The notes beneath the pieces are model-generated. The model was not told the DNA's origin and searched no databases. It worked only from the letters and a program-made list of their open reading frames with translations. DNA of 64,000 bases from Octopus vulgaris (lineage: Eukaryota): assembly GCA_951406725.2 (NCBI GenBank), contig OX597814.1, positions 129,828,001-129,892,000 of the forward strand, in the 5' to 3' direction. The position numbers were made by a program, and so were the translations under genes. Below, piece by piece: positions 42,813 to 57,642 of this stretch (position 1 is its first letter; each line of letters starts with the position of its first letter).

Positions 42813-42868
42813 AAGACACCACCGTCTGTTGTCAAACGATGGTGGAGAGGACAAACACAGACATCTAA

Positions 42869-42919
<51 letters not shown>

Positions 42920-43360
42920 TATATGTATATATGTATATATGCATTTATGTGTACTCATATCCATGCATACATGCACACACGGACATGCACACATATATGT
43001 ATATGTATATATACATATACATATATATACATGCATCGCATATATATATACACATATATATATGTATACGTATATATATATAAGTGTGTGTGTGCGGGTC
43101 TGTGTATGTGTACATACATGCACATGCATGCACAAGCATGCATATATATCGCGTTGCAGATCACCACCGCTTTCTGCTCGTATATTGTCTCTGTTTGCAC
43201 AGAGTTAGAGAATACTCGGGAATGCAACAGTAACCATAATTGCAATCATTGACTTGGGGCTAACAGGCGACAGCGTTGAACATGGCGCAGATAAAACAAA
43301 TATTAAAGGATTTGAGTTGGGGGTTGGAGGTCACAGGTAGTACCTAGTGTGTGTGTGAGT

Positions 43361-43396
<36 letters not shown>

Positions 43397-44055
43397 GGAA
43401 GATAGAGTAGCTGAGTTAGTGATTCGAGCAGTCATTGCTTGAGTATTGACATTATTAGACATCAATAAACATCATGATGTATGGTGGCCATGTTCCGAGA
43501 AATATGAACACGTTGTCTTTGGCGTGTCTTTTTAAAATTTTCTTTTGCTTCAGTAGTTTATATCACTTGCATATGCCATATCATAAATATTTCATTACCT
43601 TCTCGGGTCCAGGCGCTATACTAATTCTCTATAAGAATATATATATAATAAGAATGTGTATGTGTTTGTGTGTGTGTGTGTGTGTGTGTCTAGTTTTGGT
43701 TTCTAATAATATATGTTTTATAACCTTGAGAGCTAAAACTTCGTGATAATCTCTATAGCCGAGTATCATTCAATCCCAGAAAAGTTATAACTATAGTAGA
43801 AGACACTTGCCCAAGGTGCTACACAGTGGGGCTGAATCCAGAACCATGTGGTTGGGAAGCAAGCTTCTTATCAAATATATATACACATATATGTATATAT
43901 ACATATATATATATATACATATATGTATATATACATACATAATACATATATATATGTGCATATATACATGTGTGTGTGTGTATATGTATGTATATATGTG
44001 TGTATATATATACATATTTATATTTACATATATGTATTTATATACATATATCTAC

Positions 44056-44142
<87 letters not shown>

Positions 44143-44449
44143 GTATTAATATAAATATATTCTTTTATTTGTTACCGTCATTCGACAGCAACCATACTGA
44201 AGCACTGCCTTTAGTCGAAGAAATCGACCCTAAGACTTATTCTTTGTAAACCTAGTACTTATTCTATCGCTCTATTTTCCCGAACCGGTAAGTTAGGGGA
44301 ACCTAAACGCACCACCATCTGTTTTCAAGCGTTGATGGGGAGGACAAACACAGACACATACATACATCTTACAGAGAAGATCTCGGATAGAAAACGTACA
44401 TACGTACAAACACACATATAAATGCATGCACACATACAGAGATATATAC

Positions 44450-45860
44450 ATAGAACTGTAGAAGGCCAAATTAACATACCAAAACGTTTCCTAACAGTAT
44501 AAAACTGACAACACTGCCTTAGGAAAGAGGTACTGTCTCATAGTCTGTCGTAACTTGTACAAAGTGGACACAAGGTGACCGAAGCAATTCCTCCAAGATC
44601 ATTGTGAGGCTAAGAATACAGTCACTAATGAGCAGGCAGATGGAGAGAAAATAGTGTGGGGATATAGTGAACAAATTTTCTGAAATAAAGCTGTGTTGTC
44701 CGAAGCAAGAACACACAAAAGAAACCTTCTCATAGTGTATGATTACAGAGAGGTAGTCGAATTCATTCTCCTCTCATATCTACTGAAATTACTGCTGTTG
44801 GTTGAGGTATTTACTACGTTGTTGGCATTTGTTGCCATTGGTCCACAAACCTGATCTGCAATCCTTACACTTGTAACCGAGAGTGAAATTATTGTCTCTG
44901 ATAAATATTTCAAAGGGAATGTTCTAAGATGACGTCTGTGCTATTTATTTTGGCTTTATATCTACTGTTATATCATTTACGACAACCCACCTGTTATCTC
45001 TTAGGATCTACAAAAGTAAGAGACACTAATGAAGCCCATAAATTGTTTATGGACGATCTAAAGATTTTTACAAAGCCGAAAAACAATTACATATAATTAT
45101 AATAGGAGTGGCTGTGTGGTAAGTAGCTTGCGAACCACATGGTTCCAGGTTCAGTCCCACTGCGTGGCACCTTGGGCAAGTGTCTTCTACTATAGCCTCG
45201 GGCCGACCAAAGCCTTGTGAGTTGATTTAGTAGACGGAAACTGAAAGAAGTCCGTCGTATATATGTATATATATGTATGTGTGTGTATATGTTTGTGTGT
45301 CTGTGTTTGTTCCCCCAACATCGCTTGACATCCGATGCTGGTGTGTTTACGTCCCCGTAATTTTGCGGTTCAGCAAAAGAGACCGATAGAATAAGTACTA
45401 GGCTTACAGACAATAAGCCCTGGGGTCGATTTGCTCGACTAAAGGTGGTGATCCAGCATGGCCACAGTCAAATAACTGAAACAAGTAAAAGAAAGTAAAA
45501 GAGAATAATATTCTCTGCTGATATAGGGATGAAATTCCGTTTTTAAAATGTTCGTATTTAACAATTGAACGCAGAAAAACAATGCCACAAACCCCAAATA
45601 TATTCTTATATGCTAACTCTGTGTCCCCCGTTCCACACAATGACAGCAACAATACCAAGGTATTAATGAAAATATATAATAGTTCGGTGCGGTGAACAAA
45701 GATCGAATAACTGAAGAACATTATATCAGACTAAAAAAGATATGACATTCAAAGCTTTTCTCATACAACCAGACAATATTCTATAATACATTTATAAAAC
45801 CATTGCGAATACCAGCATTTGAAATACTTGGCCGATCTATAGCGGAATCTCCATGACATT
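44450..45860 (+). mobile_element. R4/Dong-like RT-domain remnant interrupted by a SINE
   Basis: EQADGEKIVWGYSEQIF*NKAVLSEARTHKRNL..V.DY; ISKGMF*DD; LFMDDLKIF; after the SINE, FSADIGMKF..KC.YL.IER...VNKDRITEE. Preceded by CATA-type repeats. Confidence 0.75.
45103..45505 (+). mobile_element. SINE family A
   Basis: Full-length homolog. Confidence 0.9.
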
Positions 45861-46884
45861 AAAATCTCCATCGCATCCTGTGGGAGGAAATGCTGTTGGT
45901 AATATGAAATGAAAGACATTACTTATGTTTCACTCTCCAAATCCAAGAGCTTTTCAGGGCTGCACTAAATTTAATCTTCCTGTGAATTTACGTTTAAATA
46001 AGAAAGCTTGGGTGACTAGGTTTTCCCCAACACTGGCTACAAACTTTTTCTTTAATTATTCTAAAAAAGCATTGCCATTTTTCGACAGTGTACCAAGTCA
46101 CCTAGTGGATTTAAGTGATCTTTCTGATTGTGAGAGTAAAATATATACTAAAGAGCATAATATCTTTACTCCTACCGATAAATCAATTTTTCACAGATAA
46201 CCCCAAGGCATATTATTTAAGATGAACTTTGGAAGAACCTATAAAAGAAATTGATAGGGAAGTTAAACCTATAGATAGAGACTATTGGAAAACGTTTAGC
46301 GTTTTAACTGTAGTGATAACACAGCCAGAACATGAGATGAAGTAATATACCCTCAGCTGTAAATGGTATTTTGCAAAACACAGCCATATTGTATTTAAGA
46401 TTTTACAGGTTTCATATCAGCAGAAAAGCTAGATCAAGTTTAGTGTTGTGACTGTTAAATGTAGGATCTGAAGAAATCATAGAAGTTGATGTAGTTGAGT
46501 TGCTAGGAACTCATAGAAAAAGTTTGTCTAATGAGTTGATGATATTTGGATAAGAATAAATTTCAGGGTAAGAAGAGGATGCAGGAGATCCATTCACTAT
46601 GTTTCATTTGACTGCAAAGAATATGACCAAATAGTTGGCACAAATAGTAGAAAGTCTGCAAGTGTAGTCTGATGAAAAAAAAAAAAAACTAGTATGAGAA
46701 GAGGAGATCAAAGTTTACTCAGTCTCTACACTGAGCTATATAAAAATAAGGTGCGCCGTACAACCTTTAGGTAAGTCATTTACGGCTGGAGCTGCTGCCG
46801 ATGGTGATGATGATTATGATGATGATGATGCTGGTCTATCGCACACAAGAATGTACACCCTATCCTCCGAATAACTAATATTTT

Positions 46885-47676
46885 TTTTCTACTCTAGGCA
46901 CAAGGCTCGAAATTTTTGGGGAGGGGCACAGTCGATTAGATCGACCCTAGTACGCAACTGGTACTTAATTTATTGGATTCTAGAGGATTAAAGGCAAAGT
47001 TGACCTCGGCAGAATTTGAAGTCAGAACGTAAAGACAGACGAAGTACCTAGTTCTTTACTACTCACAAGGGGCTAAACAAAGAGAGGACAAACAAGGACA
47101 GACAAACGGATTAAGTCGATTATATCGACCCCAGTGCGTAACTGGCATTTAATTTATTGACCCCGAAAGGATGAAAGGCAAAGTCGACCTCGGCGGAATT
47201 TGAACTCATAACGTAGCGGTAGACGAAATACCGCTAAGCATTTCGCCCGGCGTGCTAACGATTCTTATTTCTTTACTGCCCACAAAGGGCTACACACAGA
47301 GGGGACAAACAAGGACTGACAAACGGATTAAGTCGATTATATCGACCCCAGTGCATAACTGGTACTTATTTAATCGACTCCGAAAGGATGATAGGCAAAG
47401 TCGACCTAGGCGGAATTTGAAGTCAGAACATGAAGACAGATGAAATACCTATTTCTATTTCTTTATTACCCACAAGGGGCTAAACACAGAGGGGACAAAC
47501 AAGGACAGACATAGGTATTAAGTCGATTAGATCGACCCCAGTGCGTAACTGGTACTTAATTTATCGACCCCGAAAGGATGAAAGGCAAAGTCGACCTCGG
47601 CGGAATTTGAACTCAGAACGTAACGCAGACGAAATACCGCTAAGCATTTCGCCCGGCGTGCTAACGTTTCTGCCAG
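46885..47676 (-). mobile_element. SINE family B tandem array (4 bodies), abutting a family A tail (47677-47900, +)
   Basis: Repeated core and GAAATACC|TATTTC junctions. Confidence 0.85.
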
Positions 47677-48286
47677 TGTGTGTATGTTTGTGTGTCTGTA
47701 TTTGCGTCCCCCACCCCCACGACATCGCTTGACAACCGATGGTCGTGTGCTTACGTCCCCGTAACGTAGCGGCTCGACAAAAGAGACCGATAGAATAGGT
47801 ACTAGGCTTACAAGTAGCAAGGCCTGGGAGTGATTTGCTCGACTAAAGACGGTGCTCCAGCATGGCCGCAGTTACATGACTGAAAGAAGTAAAAGAAATA
47901 TAAGAAAATTCGGTACTGAAATTTTTTAAAAAAGATATTTTTTGTGCAGAAAAAAAAAAACAAGGTGTATATCTGTTTATTTTTTGGTCTTTTTTTCGAA
48001 ACGCATGGAACTCAGTGCTAAAACAGTTTTCTGGCCCGGAATTCTGCATAACATGCATGATTTTCGAATTTCAAATGTGCTGAAACTATAATGAACTTTG
48101 TCACTACGGCTGATGGGAAGATTTTCTGTGTTTATTTATCCTTTTTCATTTGTCCTTTTCCGTGAGCCATTCCCATGATCTATTTTCATTTTTCATACCT
48201 ACATACATACATACATACGTACGTACATGAAATACATACATAAATACGTACATTCGTACATTGAAGCATATATTCGTACATATATG

Positions 48287-48340
<54 letters not shown>

Positions 48341-48574
48341 TATATGCATAAATGCATACATACATGCATGCATACATACATACATACATACATACATACA
48401 TACATACATACATACATACTTACATACATACATACATACATACATACACACATACACACACACACTTTCACACACGCATGTAAATTAGTTTTACAACATG
48501 TTAAATGTATGAGTTGATTAAATATACTTTTCATTACAGCTAAATGTTTCGAGAGCATGGCTTTATAGTTAACC

Positions 48575-48731
48575 AGGAGTGGCTTTGTGGTAAGTAGCTT
48601 GCTTACGAACCACATGGTTCCAGGTTCAGTTAGACTGCGTGGCACCTTGGGCAAGTGTCTTCTACTATAGCCTCGGGCCGACCAAAGCCATGTGAGTGGA
48701 TTTGGTAGACGGAAACTGAAAGAAGCCTGTC

Positions 48732-48794
<63 letters not shown>

Positions 48795-49035
48795 TGTATG
48801 TATGTATGTATGTATGTATGTATGTATGTATGTATGTATGTGTGTGTGTATATGTTTGTCCACCCAACATCGCTTGACAACTGTGTATTTACGTTCCCGT
48901 AACTTAGCAGTTCGGCAAAAGAGACCGATAGAATAAGTACTAGGCTTAACAAAAGATAAGTCCTGAGATCGATTTGCTCGACTAAAGGCTGTGCTCCAGC
49001 ATGGCCACAGTCAAATGTCTGACACAAGTAACAGA
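48575..49035 (+). mobile_element. SINE family A with an expanded internal (TA)n(TATG)n
   Basis: Homology to family A. Confidence 0.88.
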
Positions 49036-49040
49036 CTGAA

Positions 49041-49106
<66 letters not shown>

Positions 49107-49691
49107 AAGGAGGGAGGGAGGGAGAGTGATGTGAGATAACGTCCCTTTTAGTTTTGCTTCTTGTCCATTTCTCTCTGTTTGGACTGTCTGTCAGTCTGTC
49201 TGTCCATCCTTCTTCCCTCTCTATCTCTCAGCATAAATATCATTCATTCTCCTTTTCGTAAGCAGAATTCCTCGTCCTATTATGTTCAATTCTAATTGTT
49301 TCCCCTTCACGTCTTCCTATTTCTCTCCTATTTCTACTTTCACATTCACCGCTTCTTTTCCATTTACCCATACCAATACGTAGACACAATCAAACACACC
49401 CACGTCACGTGCGGAGAGACACGCCCACCGACTTCACACTGCACCTACACTATAGTGATCAAGCTTTCTCGATACATTGTAGGCCAATCACCATCGCCAC
49501 GTTTCTCCTCTTGCTCTTTCTTCTCTTTCTTCTATCTTCCCACATACACACACACACACAAACACACACATACACACACACATACATATGCATACATACA
49601 CACATGTATATATATATATAGATATACATATACACGCACACAAGCATATATACATACATACATATATACATATATATATATACATACGTAC

Positions 49692-49758
<67 letters not shown>

Positions 49759-50001
49759 CATACATTCATACTTATATACATATATATGTATATATGAATA
49801 TATATACATACACACATATATATATATGCACATGTTTATCTATATGAAGATTTCTGTGTGTGTGTGTGTGTGTGTGTTTGTATGTGGGTGGGTGTATGTT
49901 TCTATGCATTTGCATGTCCATGTATGTGTACATGTGTAGATAAGTGTGCGTCTATAAATGTGTTTGGATATATATATGCATATATGTGTGTATAAATATA
50001 G

Positions 50002-50083
<82 letters not shown>

Positions 50084-50108
50084 GTCTGTCTGTCTGTCTG
50101 TCTGTCCA

Positions 50109-50141
<33 letters not shown>

Positions 50142-50144
50142 CTG

Positions 50145-50202
<58 letters not shown>

Positions 50203-50215
50203 ACTCTGTCTGTCC

Positions 50216-50288
<73 letters not shown>

Positions 50289-50299
50289 GTTTTCTCGCT

Positions 50300-50362
50300 T
50301 TTCCTCACACTCTTTAGCGTTTTCTTTACTCTCCTTTCTCTCTCCCACAGTCTCCCTTTCCA

Positions 50363-50399
<37 letters not shown>

Positions 50400-50619
50400 G
50401 CTTACACAATTTCATATTTTTCTTTCTCACCCTCTCTCCTTCTAATCATCTCCACTCATCCTATCCCCGCCTCTCTCTCTCTTCTGATGACCAGAAGCTC
50501 CATTATACGAAGTTATTATTGTTGCATTTTATTCTTACCTTTTTCAAATTTCCCATGTGTCCCTAGACTAACCAAAAATCAAATGTTATATTTTCTGATG
50601 GACTGTTCACTCACGTGCC

Positions 50620-50671
<52 letters not shown>

Positions 50672-51240
50672 ACATTCATTTTCTCCTGTTTTTACCCCTC
50701 CTGTCATTTTTCTTTCTCTGACTGTCTTTCTTCTCTTAATATTCGTCTTAGTTCTTTGCTGCTTTCGTTACTTCTTTCCTCCTCCTTGTCCTCTTCATCG
50801 TCCTCGTCTTCGTCTTCGTCTTCCTCCTCCTCCTCCTCCCCCTCCTCATATCCCTCCCTCCTCCTCCCGTCTCTCCTCCTCTCCTCTCCTCCCCTCCTCC
50901 TCCCCTACCCCTCCTCCTCACCATCATCATCCTTATCATCACAACCGTCTTCTTCTGCCCTTTCCTCTCAATCTGCTCCTCACCGCCTTCCCTGCTCCAC
51001 CTCTTCTCCTTCTCTCTCTCCTTTTCCCCCTTCTTCCTCTCCTTTTCCTTCTTCTCCCTCTCCTTTTCCTCCTTCTCCCCTTGTTCTCCTTTTGCCTTAT
51101 CTTCTCTTCCTTCTCCCCATCTTATTCTCTCTCTCCTCCTCCTACTCTTCGTCCCCCTTTTCATCATTCTCTGTATCCCTCTCCTCGCTCTCTCTCCTCC
51201 TCTCCTCATTCTCTCTCCTCCTACCGTTCTCCTTCTATCA
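50300..51240. repeat. Polypyrimidine (CT/CCT)n low-complexity tract
   Basis: Direct read. Confidence 0.85.
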
Positions 51241-51517
51241 TTCACAATGTGCATTATCTATTATTGTTACCGGAAACGTTTCTATTTTGGAAGGATAGAT
51301 CGAAAGTGCAGAAGAAAGAGAAAAATAAAGAAACTAAAAACTGAATATGTGATCTGATTTCCGATATCTTTGAGTCTGTCTTTACCTGTTAACATTCAAG
51401 GGTCATTCTTGTCAAGTCCTTATCTTGCTCTTAATAATGTACCAAAGAATTGGCCAATAGAAAAACCAGATATTTGGGCACAATGGAAAATGGTACGCAT
51501 TTTAGATGCCCTTAAAT

Positions 51518-51783
51518 CAGTGGTCCTCAACCAGTTTTCCTATGAACTCCTTTGAATTCTATTCAGATGGATCCTCATGAATTCTATTGAGATGGATACA
51601 TTCGATGTTTAAGAATCCTATTATATTTCTATAAGGAAATATTATTAGGAATTGTTTCTAAAAAATTGTTTAAACTATTTTATGTATCGTAGAAATATAA
51701 CCAAATTATTGCATATAAATTTCAACAACAAAATCTTATATGAACCCCCCAAAGGTTCTATGGATCCCGGTTGAAAACCATTG
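51518..51783. mobile_element. hAT (Charlie/Buster-like) MITE
   Basis: TIRs CAGTGGTCCTCAACC / GGTTGAAAACCATTG and an 8-bp TSD ccttaaat/ccctaaat with central TA. Confidence 0.8.
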
Positions 51784-52567
51784 CCCTAAATCAATGACTG
51801 GAAGAGGTTCTGTTCGACCCGTGAATAGAGAAATACTTGCCAACAAGGTAAAGCCTACACAAATCTAGGATATGAGACATTTGACCGCCTATTTGGAATC
51901 GCTGACTTGACGCTAACTTTTTTGACATCAGATGTTTTAATGTTTCTTTCGTTCACTCCAGTCACCTGTATGTCTGTCTATGTTTATCTGTGTGAGCATC
52001 TCGTTTGTATGTATGTGTAATGTCTCTCTCTTACTCACTTTTTCTGTATGTGTATATATATCTGCGAGCAAGTGTGCGCCTCTCCAGTGTTGTTGACTAA
52101 ACATACTGAATGTAAAGTCAAGCCAACCTGATATTTACAAGAGAGAACACGGCGAAGAAACAAGCCGAAATCAAAAAGACACCATTGCAACCCTTATCAT
52201 AGCAGTTTCAGAAACCACCACCACCACCACCACCAATACCACAACAACAACAACAACAACCACCCATTTGCACAGGAGATGGAAGAGAGGGAAAAAACTG
52301 CCGGTAACAAAGAGAAAAAGGACTCCGAAGAAGAAGAGTAAATATCATGAATATGACCAAAAAGAGTGAGGAAGCACCCTTCCTCCAAACATCATCATGT
52401 GGCTCAGAATCGTGAGGCTAAGCAGAGAAGGGACAATAAAATTACCTATTTGAATGAACGATATAGTTTCGACAGTTTAGATGTTCTCGTGTAAATCGGT
52501 ACTTCAACTCAGCAGACTTTTCGATCAAAAGGCAAAACGTATCCTATTTGAAAACTCTAACCCCTAT

Positions 52568-52968
52568 AGGCGCAGGAGTGGCTGTGTGGTAAGTAGCTTG
52601 CTTACCAAGCACATAGTTCTGGGTTCAGTCCCACTGCGTGGCACATTGGGCAAGTGCCTTCTACTATATCCTCGGGCTGACTAAAGCCTTGTGAGTGCAT
52701 TTGGAAGACGGAAACTGAAAGAAACCCGTCGTACGTATGTATATATATGTGTGTGTATGTTTGTGTGTCTGTGTTTGTCCCCCCATCGTTGCTTGTCAAC
52801 CGATGCTGGTATGTTTATGTCCCCGTAACGTAGCGGTTCAGCAAAAGAGAACGATAGAATAAGTACTAGGCTTACAAAGAATAAATCCCGGGGTCGATTT
52901 GCTCGACTAAAGGCGGTGCTCTAGCATGGCCGCCATGAAATGACTGAAACAAGTATAAGAGTAAAAGC
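52568..52968 (+). mobile_element. SINE family A
   Basis: Full-length homolog. Confidence 0.9.
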
Positions 52969-53197
52969 GTATAGATAAATTAAGTACCCAAATGATAAAT
53001 GCTCGTGGGTTGGTATAATCAGCTAAAACTCAAAATAGAGGTGCCATAGCATGGTTACAGTTAAGTCAGTGAAGCCAGTAAAAAATTGGTTGCAAACACT
53101 AATTGTAAATCAGCAAGGATGCAACTGAATTCTGTAGTCGAAGGAGGTGAATTTGGATAAGGCATAGTTTGATTCCTAGAATGTTTTGGCAATGATA

Positions 53198-53456
53198 ATA
53201 AAAATAAATGCACCCTTTTAAAGCCTAGCCAGGCTCATGGGCCCGGCTTCCCGGTTTCTATGGCGTATGTGTTCCCCAGCTGGATGGGACGCCAGTCCAT
53301 CGCAGAGTTACTCATTTTTGCCCGCTGAGTGGACTGGAGCAACGTGAAATGAAGTGTTTTGCCCAAGAACACAACGCGTCGCCCGGTGCAGGAATCGAAA
53401 CCACAATCTTATGATCATGGTGCAGACACCCTGACCACTAAGCCACGCGCCTCCTT
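53198..53456 (-). mobile_element. SINE family E
   Basis: Reverse complement of 23328-23587, with 14-bp TSD ttttggcaatgata. Confidence 0.88.
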
Positions 53457-53972
53457 TTTTGGCAATGATATCCACTAGAAAATTTTAGAAACATTTCCAT
53501 AAAGAAGATATCATTAATAATTCATTCTAATCATGGCACAAGGCCAACAGTTTTGAGGGATACATCCAAATCGATTACACCAATATCTATAATTTATCTA
53601 GTATTTAAATTTTGAACCCTGGGCCCCTGAAAGGTTGAAAGGCAAAGCTAACATGGATAGGATTAGAACTCAGAAGACAAGCCAGAAGAAATGCCACTAA
53701 GTATTTTGTCTCGTGTGCTAACGATTCTGCCAGCTCGTTGCTCTTCAGGGTATCACTAATAGCAATAAGCATGTACATCAAACATGTTATGAATAAACGG
53801 CAAATAATTCTGTAGGCACACAAGAGAGAATTACAATAATCAATCTTAACTATAATAGAAGACGAATATCTCAAAGGAGCTTACTCCGCTCCTATTCTGT
53901 CAGACGTTACAAACATGCGAAATCATCTTGGACTCGCATTTACAGGCTACAGAAGAGCAATCTCATAAATAA

Positions 53973-54024
<52 letters not shown>

Positions 54025-54047
54025 ATGTGTGTGTATATATATATATA

Positions 54048-54369
<322 letters not shown>

Positions 54370-55244
54370 TGGTCTGAAGTTGTATATTGCAGGTGGTTCC
54401 GTTACAGACAGTACACGAATTCGCTAGTTACTGAAATGAATTTCTCTTCAAGAAAAATGTGCCAGAGCAACCTCGAATAGAAGGAAATTAATAAAAGAAC
54501 CATTAAAATCGTATTAAAGAAATAGACCGAAAAAAAAAGAAAAGAACAAAAAAATAAACAGAGATCAAATACGGATTTACAAATACTTATAAATTAATGA
54601 ACTAGTTATATTACAACACATACAAATGAAGAAAACATTACGAAGGAATGATAAAGATGTATTAGATTAATTCTTAAAGCTTAAAACAGTGCTTTGCTTG
54701 TTTAGTCATCATGTGCAAACAAGTATGACCTGGTGACTTATACCACACTTTCGTTAATAGTTTTAGATATTTTAGATATAGTTCTAGATATCTATATCGC
54801 GAGCAGACATAGATATCCTCTTAGCTTCCCTTCTTTTGGTCTGGGAAGAAATCGAGGATATGAAAGCTGGAGGAAAAGGTTCAAGCCAACAGTCGGCTAG
54901 TACACATACCTGGGGCAGGCAACGTTCGGTCCAGAAATGAATCTATGATTGTGAGCCCAACGCCTTAACTCCGAGGCTACAAGTCTTCACAAATTAGAAC
55001 TAAAATCAAATACTTATTTTCATAAATAGAGATAAAAGCAATTAATTTTCATAAATATTTATTTTCATAAAAAGAGCTAAATGCAAATAAATAATTAATA
55101 AACATTCCTATTACATCATGGCAATCCATTTTAACCACTTAATATCACACAAAGCGTTAAAATTCACCTAGGAGTTATTTCACGAGGTATTAAACTTTTC
55201 GTCGCGCAGCGGTAACCTGATCACTAACACACCCCCACTGTAGA

Positions 55245-55640
55245 CATAGGCATGACAGTGTGGCTAAAAAGCTCGTTTTGCAACCACGTGCTTTCAGGGT
55301 CAGTCATATTCTGTGGCACCGTGGGCAAATGTCTTTCGCTATAGCCCCGGGCGGACCAATGTTTTGTAAATGAATCTGGCAGATGGAAATTGTGTGGAAG
55401 CCCATCTTAAACACACACACACGTATTTATTTGTATGTATGTCTTTGCATTTGTATTTGTTCCCCCACCGCTCGACGATCGGCGTTCGTTTGTTTACGTC
55501 CCTAAAACTAATAGTTTAACTAAAGAGACCAACAGAATACATACCAAACTTAAAGATAAGAACTGGAATCGACTTATTCGACCAAAATCGATTCCCCAGC
55601 ATGGCTGCAGTCCAATAACTGCAGCAAGTAAAGAATAAAA
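55245..55640 (+). mobile_element. Old, diverged SINE family A
   Basis: Collinear homology to family A. Confidence 0.75.
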
Positions 55641-56259
55641 ACGAAAAGACAGTGGAAAACTGCCTGAGACAAAAATGTTGATATCTCATTAAATAAATTT
55701 AGAATTTGAAGTGAATTTAATAGCTTCGTGCGTTATTACATGGATGGACTGAATCTTCCACAATGTAATTATTTCCTTTTCCACAGATGTTCTCAGGTCA
55801 AGTAAAATTCTGGATTTACTATTATTATAGATATTATAGTGATAGTTATTGCTGTAATATTGTGGAGTGTGAAATAAATTAATGAAACTGAACCAGAAGG
55901 CATGAAATATATTAACTGCATTTGTAATACATCACCCTAACTCTAAAAGAGAATGATTATATTTGCAACGCATAGAAAGAGAGAGAGATATACAGGTCTT
56001 CGGCAACTCGAAAATAATTGTAAAATATCCACTGTAGGAATATGATAAAGAAAACACACACACATAAGTTTTCTATCTTCAAGCAAGAAAACAGAAAATA
56101 GATATTGAGATAACAAAAAGTTGAGGAGAATGGAGAAGTAATAATTAACAATTAAGAGTTAATTGAAAAATAATAACTCTAGATACACAGATCCGTGGTC
56201 GTTAGAGTAGAGTAAATATCAAAAAAAAAAAAAAAAAAAATTCAGAGCCTGGCTAATTA

Positions 56260-57642
56260 TGGTTTCAAATTTTGTGGGAAGTGATAGTCGATTACATCGA
56301 CCTTAATATTCAATTGGTGCTTATTTTATCGAGCCCGAAAGGATAAAAGGCAAATTGAACTTCGGCGGAATTTGAACACAGAACGTAAAGGCAGAGGAGA
56401 TGCCTATATCTTTACTGCCCACAAGGGGCTACACACAGAGGGGACAAACAAGGCCAGACAAACGGATTAAGTCGATTAAATCGACCCCAGTGCTCAACTA
56501 GTACTTATTTAATCGAACCCTGAAAGGATGAAAGGCAAAGTCGACCTCGGCGGAAATTGAACTCAGAACGCAAAGGCAGATGAAATGCCGCTAAGCATTT
56601 TGCCTGTCATGCTAACGATTCTGCCAGTCCGAACCTCAAGTGCCTGAATAATAATCTTTTCTATTATATGTACAAAGACTGAAATTTTAGGGGGAAGGGA
56701 ATAGTCGATTACATCGACCTTCATATTCAGCTGGTGCTTATTTTATCGACCCCGAAAGGATGAAAGACAAATTGGACTTCGGCAGAATTTGAACCCAGAA
56801 CAAAAAGAAGGGCAAAATGCCGCTAAACATTTTGCCCAGCGTGCTAACGATCAGACAGCTCGCAGCCCTAAGATCCTGAATAATTCTTTCTACTATAGGC
56901 ACAAGGCCTGAAATTTGAGTGGGTGGGGGAACCAGTCGATTAGATCGACCCCAGCCAGTATGCATCCTGAAAAGATGAAAAGCAAAGTCGACCTCGGCGG
57001 AATTTGAGCTCAAACATAAAAACAGACGAAATACCTATTTCTTTACTACCCACAAAGGGCTAAACATAGATGAGACAAACAAGGACAGACAAACAGATTA
57101 AGTCGATTATATCGGCCCCAGTGCGCAACTGGTACTTATTTAATCGACCCCGAAAGAATGAAAGGCAAAGTCGACCTCGGCGGAATTTGAACTGAGAACG
57201 TAGCGGCAGACGAAATACCTATTTCTGTTTCTTTACTACCCACAAGGGGCTAAACACAGAGGGGATAAACAAGGACAGAAAAACAGATTAAGTCAATTAC
57301 ATCGACCCCAGTGCGTAATTGGTACTTAAGTTATCGACCCCGAAAGGATGAAAGGCAAAGTCGACCTCGGCGGAATTTGAACTCAGAACGTAGTGGCAGA
57401 CGAAATACCTATTTCTTTACTATCCACAAGAGGTTAAATATAGAGGGCACAAACATGGACAGACAAACAGATTAAGTCGATTACATCGACCCCAGTGCGT
57501 AACTGGTACTTATTTAATCGACCCCGAAATGATTAAAGGCAAATTCGACCTCGGCGGAATTCGAACTAAGAACGTAGCGGCAGACGAAATACCGCTAAGC
57601 ATTCCGCCCGGCTCGCTAACGTTTCTGCCAGCTCGCCGCCTT
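56260..57642 (-). mobile_element. SINE family B cluster including a 4-body tandem array (56880-57642)
   Basis: Repeated cores with fixed junctions. Further copies at 57670-57830 and 58050-58268. Confidence 0.88.

Noticed and set aside
45920-46660. Possible ancient LINE on the minus strand (LGVI-like word); similar hints at 26560-26850 and 39300-39410
   Set aside because: Too degenerate to support by eye.
56880-57642. Regularly spaced repeats resembling a CRISPR array
   Set aside because: The whole ~185-bp units are homologous SINE bodies with no unique spacers, no cas genes and a eukaryotic context.
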